From: Octopus sinensis
Taxonomy: Eukaryota
Assembly (NCBI RefSeq): GCF_006345805.1
Contig: NC_043010.1
Coordinates: forward strand, 61,256,001 to 61,320,000
Length of the DNA: 64,000 bases
Reading direction: 5' to 3'
Shown: piece by piece, positions 36,381 through 50,080 of the stretch
Numbering within the stretch: position 1 is the first letter of the stretch
Layout: each line of letters opens with the position of its first letter
Made by a program: the position numbers and the translations under genes
Notes under the pieces: generated by a model
Databases searched by the model: none
Told to the model about the DNA's origin: nothing
The model's input: only the letters and a program-made list of their open reading frames with translations

Positions 36381-36618
36381 CAGTGGTTGTCAACCAGGGG
36401 CCATACGGCCCTCAGGAGTCCAGATAAGATTTTTTTTTGCTAAAATTTACAATCAATAAATTGCTTATACATCTATATTACACAAAATATTTTAAGTTTT
36501 TTTATGTAATTCTTAATAATATTTAATCATAAAAATACAAGAGGATTTTTTTATATACATCGAATGGCCATGGAGATAAGATAAAGTGAAACAGGAATCA
36601 AATGGTCAACAACCACTG
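36381..36618. mobile_element. hAT-like MITE
   Basis: TIRs CAGTGGTTGTCAACC / GGTCAACAACCACTG (13/15). No 8-bp TSD is preserved. Confidence 0.55.
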
Positions 36619-36856
36619 AAATGTCTTACCTTATTTAAGAGAGCTCTGGCTACTATTTCTAATGAGTTGGTTGGTTATGTAGAGGTTCCTTCAAGAGGTA
36701 TACCCATAGGACTGAAGACTGATTGTAAACTGTTAAGATACAGAAAAAGCATTGCTACCTGTAATGGCTGTGAAGTTAAGGTACTGGACTACAGGCAACA
36801 TAGCTATTAGAAGTTCAAATCATAGATATATGATAGATAAAGATATATACATATTC

Positions 36857-37092
36857 AAGGCAGCGAGCTGGCAGAAACGTTAGCATGCCGGGCGAAATGC
36901 TAAGGGGTATTTCGTCTGCTGTTACATTCTGAGTTTAAATTCTGCCGAGGTCGACTTTGGCTTTCATACTTTCGGGGTCGATAAATTAAGTACCAGTTAT
37001 GCACTGGGGTCAATGTAATAGACTTAATCCCTTTGTCTGTCCTTGTTTGTCCCCTCTATGTTTAGCCCCTTGTGGACAATGAAGAAATAAAA
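36857..37092 (+). mobile_element. SINE family B, intact
   Basis: Head GGCAGCGAGCTGGCAGAAACGTTAGC...GAGTTTAAATTC, central AGGTCGACTTTGGCTTTCATACTTTCGGGGTCGATAAATTAAGTACCAG, tail ...AAAGAAATA; at least six related copies in the window. Confidence 0.85.
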
Positions 37093-38249
37093 GATATATA
37101 CATATGTAGGAGATGTGTGTGTGTGAGTTTACATCAATGTTGGGGTGAGAATCTCCTTTATGCAAAAGTCTGCATTTTGTGCCTTAAGAAAACAATGAAA
37201 TAAATAGAAAATACCAGGGTCAATATAAGCTAAAACCCTTGAAGGTATTGCCCCAACATGGCAATAACTAAAACTAATAAAAAATGGAATTTTAGCCATG
37301 ATAACAAACACAAACAAAAAATGGTTGTAAAACTGTAAAAGACAAAACACCAACAACAAAAGATGGAGTTGAAGTTGTTGGTGAAAGATTAATGAACGGA
37401 AGATGAGATGGAGAGGAGTCAGTGTTTGGGTCTGTGGAGTAGGTTTTTTAGGGTCCAGAACACAGACCTGAAGGGAGGGGCTCTATCTAAAGCCTACACA
37501 GGCACCCAGAGATGAGGGAGATGGATGCAGCCCCACACTGAATAATTATAAATAAATTGACAACTGGGGGAAAGAATTTCAGTGGGATGGCATTCTGGAG
37601 AGGAAGGACTGGGTAAAGTGGTTAGGGCAGGGTGTGGAAGAGTGGATAAAATATGGAGGATGAATGAAGGGTGAGAGACAGGTGAGTCAGGAGTGTCTAA
37701 GGGGTGGTGACACAAGGCCAGCATCTCTGAGTAACCGGGGAGAGGGAAGGGGAAGGAGATGGTAGGTATGTGAGTGAGAGGTCAGAGGGTGTTGGAGAGG
37801 AAATTCTTGCTAATCAGCGAATAGTCCCCTGATTTGGCAATAACACTCCATAGTGGGTCTGACCTGAGCTCTACAGTAGGGTGTCAGCACTTGCTGAAAT
37901 ATTTTCTGTCCTCAAGAGGAAGGCCTGTCTATGGCTGTGTTGAGGATGACAGATCCGAAGCGGAATGTGAATAGGATTAAGGAAACAACTGGACATCATA
38001 CTACATAAACAATCTTTTGTAGCAATCAATCACTCTGCCTCTCTTTAGCTTCAACTAATGACAATCAGCTGTGTAAACTACTTAATGTGGATGCACAGCA
38101 AGCAACCAGTTGTTGATTAAAAAGCCACTCAAATCCTCTAACCTTGACATCGTTTCTACAGCCATTTTTCAATGCCTTCAGGTTTTGTTTTTCCTAATGG
38201 CATAGTTAGAGCAAAGTCCATGACCTATTTCAAGGAGAACGTCATCATT

Positions 38250-39516
38250 AGGTGGAGGATGCTCTGAAAGTATTCTTTTTTAGAATACGAATAGGATGGA
38301 GAAAGTTCAGAGAGCTATTACCTCTGCTGGCAACAAAAGGACTCTTTCACAGAGTGAAGGGTAAATTGTATGATGCTTGTGTACGAATGGTTATATTCCA
38401 TGGCAGCGAGACATGGGCCCTGAATGCAGAGGACAGGCGTGGACTGGAGAGAAATGAAGGCAGTATGCTCCATTGGATGTGCATGTACAACAAAGTGCAA
38501 ACATATTGAGAGAAAAGTCACGCATAAGAGGCACCAAATGCAGCATGCAAGAGAGAGGACTATGATGGTTTGGACATGTGATGTGCATGAATGAGGACAG
38601 CTGCATAAAGAAGTACCAATCACCGAAAGTGGATGGTACCTGTGGAAGATGGAGAGCCAGGAAGACACGGGATGAAATGGTAAGAACTGATCTCAGGGTG
38701 CTGGAACTCACAGAGGAAATGACAATAGACTGAGATGTATGGTGATATGAGGTTCTTGAGAAGACCTGCCCATGTCAGCAAAACTGAGTTCTACAAGTGC
38801 TTGTGTTCCATCCACACATAATAACAAAACTTTTCCCACATCCTACCCCCAACAAACCTAACTCCATCTTTTCTCTTTCTCACATCCCTTCTTTCATGCA
38901 CTGTGCTTACCTCTCATTCCCCAATCCTGTCCTCATGGCCCTGTTCACTGTTTGATTGCTATTTCTTCTTTTACTCAACTATCTCATTTATATTCTGATC
39001 CCCATCCCCCAATGAGTATGCCTGGCACTCTGCTACCATCTCTCTCCTGCTCTTCCCTCTGCCTGGGTAACCATGTCTCTCCGTTACAGCAGCACACCTG
39101 TTTCGGTCTTAATCCCTTATCACTCTCTCTGGCCGGGTAACCATGTATCTCCTCTACAACAAGACACCTGCTTCTGTCTCTCTGGCACAATCCAACCTTT
39201 CATCATCTGACACAAGATCACCTCCTCCAATGCCCCCTCCCTCCTCAAAAGATCTTTGTCTTGCAGGTTATTTGGTAACCCTGCCAGTGCTGGTGCCACA
39301 TAAAAAGCATCCAGCAGTAAAAACCTTGCCAAAACTGACCTTGCTTGTGCTGGTGCCATGTAAAAAGCACTCGGTCCACTCTGCTGGGTGGTTGGTGATA
39401 GGAAGGGCATCCAGCTGTAAAAATCCTGCCTAAACAAACATGGAAGACTGGTGCAGGCTCCTGTCAAACCGTCCAATCCAGGCCAGTATGGGAAGCAGAT
39501 GTTAAACAATGATGAT
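38250..39516 (+). mobile_element. 5'-truncated RTE LINE, subfamily 2
   Basis: ORF remnant RIRIGWRKFRELLPLLATKGLFHRVKGKLYDACVR...HGSETWAL, then GRWRARKT, a pyrimidine-rich UTR and the shared tail ending GTTAAACAATGATGATG. Confidence 0.85.
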
Positions 39517-39885
39517 GTTGATATTCTTCCATCCTTGCATGGGTCGGATGAAATTTGTCAAGGCATATCTTCTATGGCTACATGCTCATTCTGTTACCAA
39601 TTCTCACCAGTTTCTAAGCTAATATCTCCCATGGCCAGACATGTTTTTCACAGAAGACTTTGAACAAACATCATTGCTTGTAAGATGGTGACATTCGCTT
39701 ACATCCACCATGTGATATCAAGACAAAGATACATGCGCAAACACACACATACATATGGGATTCTTTCAGTTTCTGTCTACCAAATTCACTCACAAGGTTT
39801 TGGTTGGCCCAGGGTTATAGTAGAAGACACTTGCCTAAGGTGCCATGCAGTGGGACTGAACCTAAGCTTCTTGACCACACAGTTA

Positions 39886-40500
39886 CATCATCATCATCAT
39901 TTAACATCCGCTTTCCATGCTAGCATGGGTTGGACGATTTGACTGAGGTCTGGCGAACCAGACTCCAATCTGATCTGGCAGAGTTTCTACAGCTGGATGC
40001 CCTTCCTAACGCCAACCACTCCGAGAGTGTAATGGGTGCTTTTACTTGCCATCGGCACGAGGGCCAGTTTGGTGGTACTGGCAACAGCCACGCCCAAATG
40101 GTGCTTTATACGTGCCACCTGCACAGGAGCCAGTCCAGCAGCACTGGCGACGACCTTGCTTGAATATTTCACATGCCACCAGCACAAGTGCTAGTAAGGC
40201 GACGCGGTAACAATCACACTTGAATGGTGTGTTTAACGTGCCATCGGCACGAAGGCGAGCTTGTTGCTCTGGCAACGATCTCACTCGTAGGGTACTCTGA
40301 ACGCTCCACTAGCAACGGATGCCAGTCACCGAATTTGATTTCGACTTCACTTGCCTCAACTGGTCTTCGCAAGCAGAGTTTAGTGTCCAATAAAGAAAAG
40401 GCACGCACAAGTGGACTGGTTACACCCCTAGCATAGGCCACAAGGTTATGGTCACACTTGCGCTTGCCGAGTCTTCTGCAACACAGCATATTTCCAGAGG
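39886..40500 (-). mobile_element. RTE subfamily-1 3' UTR (5'-truncated copy)
   Basis: Colinear and highly similar to 15052-15650. Confidence 0.85.
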
Positions 40501-41779
40501 TTCTGGTCAAAATCATTTTAATGTCCATTTTTCCATGCTTGCATGGGTCAGTTACCAACAGGTAAGGGTTACCAACCCTTACCTGTTCCCAAATACAAGA
40601 TATTTCCCATGGCCAGATAAATGTTTCACAGAAGACTGAAAATGAGCAGCCTTGCTTATATGACGATGATGATGCTTGCTTACGACCACCATGTAATGTC
40701 CAGGCATGGGTGCACACACACACATGAGCTTCTACCAAATCCACTCACAAGTCTTTTGTTAGTCTAGGGCTACAGGAGAAAACACTTGCCCCAGCACCCC
40801 TACAGTTCTAAGAAGAAAGAATAAAGGTTCAGTGTGTGAAGTGTAAATTGCTGTTGACATATATCCAACATACCCCATCACAGATACAGGCTGTGTCAAT
40901 TTATGGATCCAATGCCCCAGTCCATCTTGCTGTGACTATCAACTGTGGGGCCTCCATCCTACAGAAGATAGTCACAGATAAAACTTACTGCCACAAGTAG
41001 CAGGTGCACTTGAAGTGCAGGTTTTGACTCCTACTGTGATTGTTGCATGAAATGTGTGAATGAGAGCCAGGCCCAGGGTCCTACAATATTCACCACCTTC
41101 CAGTTACTCAAGAGTGCACAAATAAGGGAAACCTATATGGGATAACCAACCTGCAAGAAATATCTGCTAAATTCTATTCTTTCAGATTGTACATTACTGT
41201 CTTGCAAAAGAAATAAAATAAAAAGAACCCATTTAGTTTTGGATTTAGACACAGTGAGGCCCTCGAGTATATAAAACTTGAAGGTCTCTTGTTAAAATAA
41301 ACGACAACAGGAGGTTCCTCAAATATTGAAAACATTTCTTATAATTACTTTGCTGTCCTTGTGGAGGGTGAAGCCACTAAACAGGAGTTTGTTTATACTT
41401 GAATCCACAATGGACAGTGTAGACATAGATGTACAGAGGACGGGATGATCAAGGCTGGAATGCCTTCGATCATAAATCTGTTTGATTAGGACTGACTTCG
41501 GCCTAAACTGTAGTCGGGTTTAACTCCACCACCTGACGAATGGGGTCTATTTAACGGAGTCTGCTGTAAGCATTTCAGTTGGAGTATATCTTCTTCCTTC
41601 TCTTCACGCACCACTCTGGGAGGTTCTGTCTGGAAAGGGGTATGGGCATAGCCTCTGCCCACGACTACAAGACAAAAAAAAAGTGGACGAGCCAATGACG
41701 AAGCCTCTACGTGGTTACTCAATATTTTAGAAATAGCAGCTAATCTCTCTCAAACCACACCCTACAGCCGTATAAAAGT

Positions 41780-44700
41780 ATATATCGTTGCCCTTGGCAT
41801 GCACTACAGAAGAAAAGGCGATATCTCTGTGACCGGAATGGTCTGTCTATTCTTATCGGAGCGGACCTCAACCACAACCCAAAGCCGTCGATCGCTAAAA
41901 GTTGCTGAGAAATAAACATCACCTTCGTATCTGTGGGTAAAACACAGCTTTTGTTATTTGTAATGAGCTCATTATACACAAGCAACAAACGGTCGCGTGA
42001 AAAGGCTCTCTAATTAATATAATTAATAAAATCTAGGAAAATCTCAAAGAAAAAAAAACATCAACTTGCACCGTTGGGGAAAATAATGAAAAATATGAAT
42101 GGTTAAAAAAACTAAAAGAATTATCCTCCAGTGATTCTACAACTGCAACACCCCCAGAATTTGTTCCATTTAAACGAAATTCAACGAAACGAGTTATTCT
42201 TTTCAAGTGAATTCTGTAGGAAACATTAAGCGAAAACAAAATGTTTTCTTCCTGGGTAATTGTCCAGGAGAAATGTTTATTTAAAGGGCGAACCATACTA
42301 ATAAGGTTTCCACGCACTCACAGATAGATAGATCGACAGAGAAGCAGGCAGACACACATGTACTCATCATGGGAACCTCTTCTTGTCGGTATATTGTGCA
42401 AGTAGGTCTGTTCTCTCTTATAGGCCTTAATTTGCTGTAGTTATAATAAACGTCAGAGAGGCGACTATAGACACGCAAGGAGTAGAAGGAGATCACTTCA
42501 ACAGTAGCAGTTCATTTTAAATATCACCAAACTCAGTTATTATTACAACGAAGCACACATTCTCTCAGCCATAATAGAATCGTCAATTATATGTGAGTGT
42601 GTGTATATATATACATATATATACACACACATATATGCAGTAATGAAGTATGTAGCCAAAGTGCAATAGTAGCGGCCAGACAAAACGTATCGCTAGATGT
42701 ATTAAAACTTAGTAATATGTGAGGGGGTAAATACACAGACAAGCATATATACACATAGATACACACATATTTATGTCAGTGAATGTGGATGTACGGAAGT
42801 GTTCGGATACTAAACGGTAATAATAGGGCAAGCAGAGAGGTTCAGCGGGTATATAGAGGAGGAGGTGTCGAGAGGAGGATAAAACAGGCCTAGTGGGATA
42901 TACGAGGGAGAGTGGAAGGGAAAATTGGTGTTAATTGTTTCATACGATTATCTTAAAGCATAACCTTCCAACTTACCTGGGTCTGTGATCGAAATTAAAG
43001 CTGGATAAATCGGCACTTGATAGATAAACAGAGGAAATGAAGGGTGTTTGTGGTAGGGTGGTTATTAATGGAAGAAGAAGAAGGAGGAGGAGAGAGAGAG
43101 ATACGGAAACGGGCACCTGGTTAGGTCTGTTACAGGCGCCTATTTAGAATCTAGGAAATTGGGGGAAGTTTCCCCCACATCATCCAAGCCCAATAAAACT
43201 GCAGAATTCAGGCAGGAAGACATTGGTCCAATGATTCAATTAAACAATGGTAAACGGTGGTAATAAATTGTGAAGAGTAAGATACAAAAACACACATATA
43301 TATATCTGAAACACACACAAAGCTCTGCTCATAAGTATTTCTCTCTCTCTCTATTTCCAGCTGGCCATAATAAGTATTATTAATTTATAAGAAATACTTA
43401 CATTTCTCTTCAAAGTTACTTGGCTGGGTTCTTTTTTTTTTTTTCGTTTCTCGCCAATGATCAGTTTTTAGGTACCGTTCACTTCTTTGTGTTTGTGTCA
43501 ATATTGTGGTAAAGCTGAGAGTCGGGCGAGCAGCGAAAGCCCTTCTAGACTAAGGACCCCTCTCTTACAGTTTACCATATTATGAAGAAGAAAAAACAAC
43601 AAAAACCGAGAGAGAAGGAGGGGGGTCAGCCAAGGGAAGTAACCGCGACAGAGAGAGAGAGAGAGGAAGAGAGAGAGGGTGAGGAAGAAGAAGGAGACTT
43701 GACAGGTTTTTCTCATTTCCCTGACGGAAGTTGCTACGTCACACGCACCTCCAGTCTTCAGACTTCACCACAATCATTACAAATGTTTTAATTTACCTCT
43801 TATCAAAACAAATGACTTTCATCAAGTCAACTTCAATTCTTCTCATATATTTATTTAATCCCCTCCATCTCTCTCTTTTAAAAAATTTTTTTTTTTAAAT
43901 AATTGTTTTGAATTCCGAAATATAAATCAGTCTATATAGGGAGTTAAGATGGAGAAAGAAAAAAAAAAAAAAGGAAGTAGAATAAAACAAAAAAACAAAA
44001 AAAGCAATAAAAAACTGCAGTAAAATATGTGGAGGACGGGTTGTGTTTTATATGTTAGTGGTGGCTGCTACTACAATAATTAACAGTGCCATGTTTTTTA
44101 TGACGTTCAGAAATACATCTTGCTCGAGATATAATTACTTGTGTCAAGAATTTATCTCATTCGGAGAAATACACAACAGAACCATATTAAAAATGAATTT
44201 ATTCACATATATACATACATATATATATATATAATATAATATAATATAATATAAAAGCATTGTACAAAGAAATGGTTTCTATTAAAACGTTAGTATTTAG
44301 TTTAATATATAAAACGCCAGTAATTAAATAACGTTTTTTTTTTACCGTTATATAGAAAGTGGGGGGTGGGAGTAGTATCATTAAATAATCGGTGTTATTT
44401 TTATCTACCATCCTTCACCTTATTTCTCGATACCAATTTATTATATTTATTTATAACTAGAGAAATTCAAATATAAAATGGCAACTGATGCGATGGGGGT
44501 GTCGATTAAAGTTTGGGAGGGGCCGAAATTTGGTCAGTGTGTGCTGGAACCGAATTATTTCTTTGGATAGTTTCGTACCCCTTCCTGCACTTCGGTTACC
44601 TGTTAATTTCCTCCTTTTGCTTGCTTCCTCTATTCTATCTAAGTTTTGGGTTTAATTTTGCGCCTTTGCTAAAAACAAATGGGAACAGCTATTTAACGAT

Positions 44701-45624
44701 CAGATTCAATAGATATGAAAACACAACGTTGAAATTCTTTGCAATGCTTGCTTTTAATTTTGGAAATGTCATAGGTCAAGCAAAAGAATAACAATACAAT
44801 AGTTTAATTCATATACTGTTGCTATGAGGAACTGGAAAAAGAAAACGCAGACGAACGTTTAATCATTAAAGCTTCTTCTAGAGATAAATTAACTGTGAGA
44901 AAGTTTGTGATTCAATCATACAGCAAGCTTTCCGACATTTGTAGGTAGGGAATTGCTTTCCACCGTTGTCAAGAAACTAGAAGCGCTTAAGTGCCGAAAT
45001 ACAACTATGTCACATGGCTCATTTTCCGAGAAAATTTAGGCCATACTCTCTCTCTCTCTCTCTCTCTTTCTTTCTCTCTCTCTCTCTTTTTCCTTCCTCC
45101 TTCCCTCTCTGTCTTTTTCTCGCTCTTTCTCCTTTCCTCCATCTCAGGTCTCTCTCTCTCTTTCTCTCTCCAATTAAAATAATGTTAGCCTGCTAGAAGC
45201 ATTGATTTCATTTACTGATAAATACAGTTATTGAAATAAAATATATCTGCTATTAAAATACCCACCTAACATTGCAGCAAAGCTACATTCTTCATACTAA
45301 TTTGACAATTCTCTTTATTTTTCGCCTTTAGAATGAAGAAAAAAGTCTTGATTTTTTTCTCTTTCATTACAGTAATAGATGTTATAAACGAAATCATTTC
45401 TGAAATGAAAATATACATCAAGCAACTAATACTGCCAAAAAAATACGGCAAATTTCTAAAAATAAGATATTTAATCAATTGTATGGCTTTTTTTTACTAA
45501 AAGAAATATATTTTGAAATAAGACAAGGAATGTATTTAGAAAGAGTTTGTTGACTAACACATGACTACAAACTGGCTATATATATACATATATATATACA
45601 TACATACATACATATATATATCTA

Positions 45625-45680
<56 letters not shown>

Positions 45681-48600
45681 GTGTATATGTGGATATATTT
45701 CTCTGCTGTTTGGGGCGACTGGAGATGCTAATTGGGAAACCATACATAGATCTGAAAATAGAATGGTAACTGAATTGTCGTATAGTTAGAAGTTCGGAGT
45801 AAAAAAAAAGAAAAAATGATTTCAATGGAATAAATTCCGTAATGAGATCGACTTTGCATCTATTAATTTCTCTTCAAACAAGTTCTTTCCTTTTTAATTA
45901 GATCTTTCTCTCTAAATTCCATTTCCGAGCCTCTAATTTTGACGTTAACTACTCATGCCAACCTAAGTTAGTTAGCAAGCTATTTAATCACCACAATCTC
46001 TTTCGCTCGCCCCTACACACGGTTTCATACGATATTGGTCTGCTCTGAATTAGGCTGAAAATTTAATGATGCATACTAATAAAATATTTTTGTAGGTGGG
46101 GAAAGTGACATATATATCTACAGATCTCATTTGTATTATTTTCATTGAATTGTTTTCGGCTCTGAAAAAAAAAACTGTGGGGAACGGCATGCGTGCCACA
46201 ACTTTGCCATTCAGTTACCATAAAAATCTCAGGCTCCGTGCCAATATCAGAAACCATTAATATTGTAGAAACATCTTTATTAAAAATAAAAATCAATTTT
46301 TCTGACTCGCTTTCCCTCCTCTCACCAGATCATCTCTCGTTCCACACCCTCTTTTCTAAAACAGTTGATGTTTAATAAATAATTCACTTGTGATGATGGC
46401 GGTGGTGGAGGTGCTGCCAGCGCTGGTGGTTAGTGGCGGTGTCTGATTACCAGAAAACCAGAATTTGTTCAAAGAGGTCAGGCATTCTCTGGCTGACGAC
46501 GGAGGTAATTCTCTTTATTGTACTATTTATACTTGCCTCCTTTTTACTTCCAGTCTTACCTTTGCTCCACGCCCATTCTTGCCTGCACACCAAACAGACA
46601 TTACATATATATATATATATATGCATATACATATATATATGTGTGTGTATGTGTGCGCGAGCGCGTGTAGTCGATAGGTAAGGAGGTGAGCTACGGCACA
46701 GGGGGAAGTTTGTGGACGGAATGTTGTAGGCTAACATTTTTTTTTTCTTCTTTCTAACCAACAATGTTCCTGCAATGGGAGGTCGGCTGAAGCTAATTAA
46801 ACTCTGTAGCGATGAAGTAGAGGGAAGTCTGGCAGGAGGAGGAGGAGGAGAAAGAGGGGAAAGATAGAGAGACAAGTAGGGAGGGGAAGAAATGACGGAA
46901 CACTTCTCCTCTTCCTTCTCCCTTTTTCTTTTATGTTCCCTTTCCTTCTCCTTAGTTCTTCCACTTTGCCTTCTTTCATATCCTCATCCTTCCATCTCAT
47001 TCTCATTCGCCTCCCCTTCCCCCTTCTCTGTTCCCATTTCTCTCTCTCTCTCTCTCTCTCTCTCCTTTCTGTTCCCTATTCATCTTACATCTGTATTGTG
47101 TTTCCTAGCCTCTCCTCTCACCATTCCCCTTCGACTTTAATCTCTATTCATAACGTCTTTCTTTCAATCGTTTCTTTTTATCCTCTCCTCCTCCTCCTCC
47201 TCCCACCATTCAATCTACTCTGCCATCACCTCCATCTCCCTCCCTCCCTTCCCCCCACACACACAGCCACACTATCCTCTCACCTCTCTCCCTCTATCTT
47301 CCCATCCTCTTTCTCTCTCGTCCCCCCCACTCCTCCCCCTCCTCGTCCCCCTCTATTATCTACACTTCTCTCACCCCTCACCCCCTCCCCTCAACCCCCC
47401 CCCTGCTGTCACTATTTGATAAATTATCTGATCTTAGTAAGTACTTTTCTGCTTACTAGTCTCCCCTCCACCTCTCTCTCTCACTTCCTACTCCTCCTCT
47501 CCCTCTCTTTACTTTTGTCTTCTGGGGAAGGGAGGGAGGGAGAGAGAGAGAGAGAGAGAAAGATAAAAAGAAAGAAGAAAGAATAACAGGAGAAAGGGGG
47601 GAGGGTGAAAAAAAGCCATTATAACAAATTACAAACACTTGCTACAGTAGTCAGCGAGTTGTTTTATTTTTAGATAGAGATACCAGCTCAAAATATGGAC
47701 TGTATGTCTTAAGATGACACATCTCCTTCCCATACGTTACTGGGGAGGTTCTTGTGACTTTAGTCCATGGATGGATGGATGAGAATAGAAAAATCAACAC
47801 CACGTCGATAATGATGATAACGATGACGATGATGATGATGATGATACGATGACGACGATGTTACGGCAAGTGTAGACCGAATGCAGATGCTTCCATCAGT
47901 CGGAATTGATGAGGTAAGCCAGAGTTTGTGATGTCTCTTACCTCTCTCTCCGTAAGTCTTATGCCTATATGCAAGGGAGGGTGTCCTGGAAACGAACCTT
48001 ATATCTATCGAATCGAATCCAAATATCATAAAACTGGCGACGCTCCACACCAACTTACTTTCCTCTCTATCAAAAGCTTTCCGCAAGCCAACTCCCCCCC
48101 TCTTCTCTTCTCTTTTATATCTTTCTTTCTAAACTATAGTCTCTTTCGTTCACTGTTCCCTAAGCAGACCTCTCTCGGTGTGTTTCCCCTCTACGCCTTA
48201 TTTAGCTACAAACAACTAAATCGTACTCGAGTGGCAAGAACTTATATAAATTTGCTGCAAACTGACTAAAACAAAACATGTTTTGGTTAAAACTGAAAAG
48301 AAGAAAAAAGAAGCTTCTCTCCTCTCCTCGCCCCCCCCCCTCCATGCGCGCCTGTTCTCCACATACCTACCTACCTACCTACCTACCTCGGTTCTCTGAC
48401 ATCTACTAATTTGACCATCTTCTTCCACACACACCAATAACTATACTGAGCGACATGTTACTTTTTTCGAAAAAGAAAAAAGGGAAGAGAGAAAAAAAAA
48501 AAAGACCATTCTCACAGGACAAACCATTCAACTTGGCGCTTTGAATTCTGACCTTTGCTTATTAGTAATTTTGCTTTATCACTATTTTGTCCTGATTGTC

Positions 48601-50080
48601 GACCAACAAGGGATCGACCAGGAGGAGATGGTGAGGGGGGGGGGGACAGAGAAAAGGAAAGGCCACCATCACCACCACCACCTCCACCACCTCAACTATC
48701 ACCAATTAAGACATCATTATCACTCGATGCTGACTAACTAAACAGATTTCAGACACCATCCCTCACCATCAACCTACCGCTACGTTGTTTTTTTTTTTTT
48801 AAATATGTTTTTTTCTTACCTCCAATGTTTCATCATCGTTTTCCGTACTAAGTTTATATGTATATTATTGGTGTATTTCACTGCCTCCATCAAGACTTGT
48901 AAACCGTGCTGGGCCTGGACATTTTCAGAGGAGGGGTGGTGGGTAGGAGGGTTTGTATTGGAACTGACTAAACACAGGGGGGGTAGGGTGAGAGAGACTA
49001 TTGAACAGAGACTGATGTGTGTGTGTTTTATTTGATTGGTAAGACGCATTTAAATGGAGTACAAAGCATCGCTGTAAAAAATATATGTAGGTATGTGTGT
49101 GTACGTGTATAAATATATGCATGCGTATATATATATACATATATATGTGTGTGTGTGCGTCTGTCTGTGTGTATATATGGGTAACAGGGGTATCGCTTTT
49201 CGTCCCGTCAGCAGAACTTAAGTAGAAATTCAAGTCGAAGCAACCAAAAGTATTTCAGATACTGTATTGTATGGAAAATAAATTATAATACGGAGTGGTG
49301 GATTTTTTTTTTTCCCCCTTTCTTCTTTCTTTTATTCTCAGTTCAATCTGTGTCATTTCCCGTCACCAGAAAATCTCATTACACACACCACACTCACTCG
49401 CAGATCATTTGTTAAGGTTTAGTGGAAATGCCTTCTCGGCGGACATTAATTATATAATTAATAGATATAAGTTGCACATAAAAACGAATATTGTTATAAG
49501 GGGGGGGAAAGAGAATAATTTTGACTTTTATCAAGTTTGTACTGGAAACAGGTACAACAGAGTTGCAAATTGACATGATTTCCTTGCCATCTGTCCTGGC
49601 TTGCTTTAAATAACTCTGACCCAACCGTAACTTATTCCTTTCCCATCGTCACATACGTTAAACAATCTGTTTTGACAATTATAGCCGACTGTAGATAGCT
49701 TTCAAGGAATAAGTAAATGTTTATCTGGAATTTCCGCTGACTTAATTAAATCAGCTTGACATGTAGTTTTGTTGATAGCGCAGTTTGAAGCTTCAGTTAC
49801 CATGTGGTTAAGGTATGCTATACTTTGCTGAAGCTAGAGAAATCTTACATATACCAACAATTAGTAAGTACCTTTGCAGAAGTTAGTGGAGCTGTGGGGT
49901 TACTACTTATGTTATGCAATTAGAGTTGCTGTATTCTGTTAGATTTTATCAAGAATAGATCGTGATATTTAGCAAATATTCAGTGTCCTTAAAAATGTTG
50001 GTTAGAAGGGGATAGGTTAAGCGTTAAGGGAGTTTATGAAGGAGCTTATAACTTCTTTCAATTGAATATTTCGTACCATA
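41780..50080. promoter_or_regulatory. Candidate shared divergent promoter / 5'-exon region of ZNF-2 and ZNF-3
   Basis: No recognisable SINE/LINE copies and more CpG than its flanks. Minus-strand donor CAG|GTAAGT at 42977/42976; plus-strand donors GAG|GTAATT (46505), TAG|GTAAGG (46678) and GAG|GTAAGC (47914); ETS/CRE-like TGACGGAAGTTGCTACGTCAC at 43722-43742; ATGGCGG at 46396. Confidence 0.55.
46880..47570. repeat. ~700-bp polypyrimidine/polypurine tract with (CT)n and C-runs
   Basis: The plus strand is almost entirely C/T, with dense C4-C9 runs at 47320-47405. Confidence 0.85.

Noticed and set aside
46933-47586. 217-aa L/S/P-rich ORF
   Set aside because: It is a translation of the polypyrimidine tract, which is inherently stop-poor.
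47764-47913. Asp-rich coding exon for ZNF-3
   Set aside because: The (GAT)n frame is closed by stops upstream and downstream, and joining it to 53635 hits a stop. It is kept only as a possible non-coding exon.
48364-48388. (CCTA)n as an interstitial telomere
   Set aside because: The unit is a tetramer (TAGG), not TTAGGG; it is an ordinary microsatellite.
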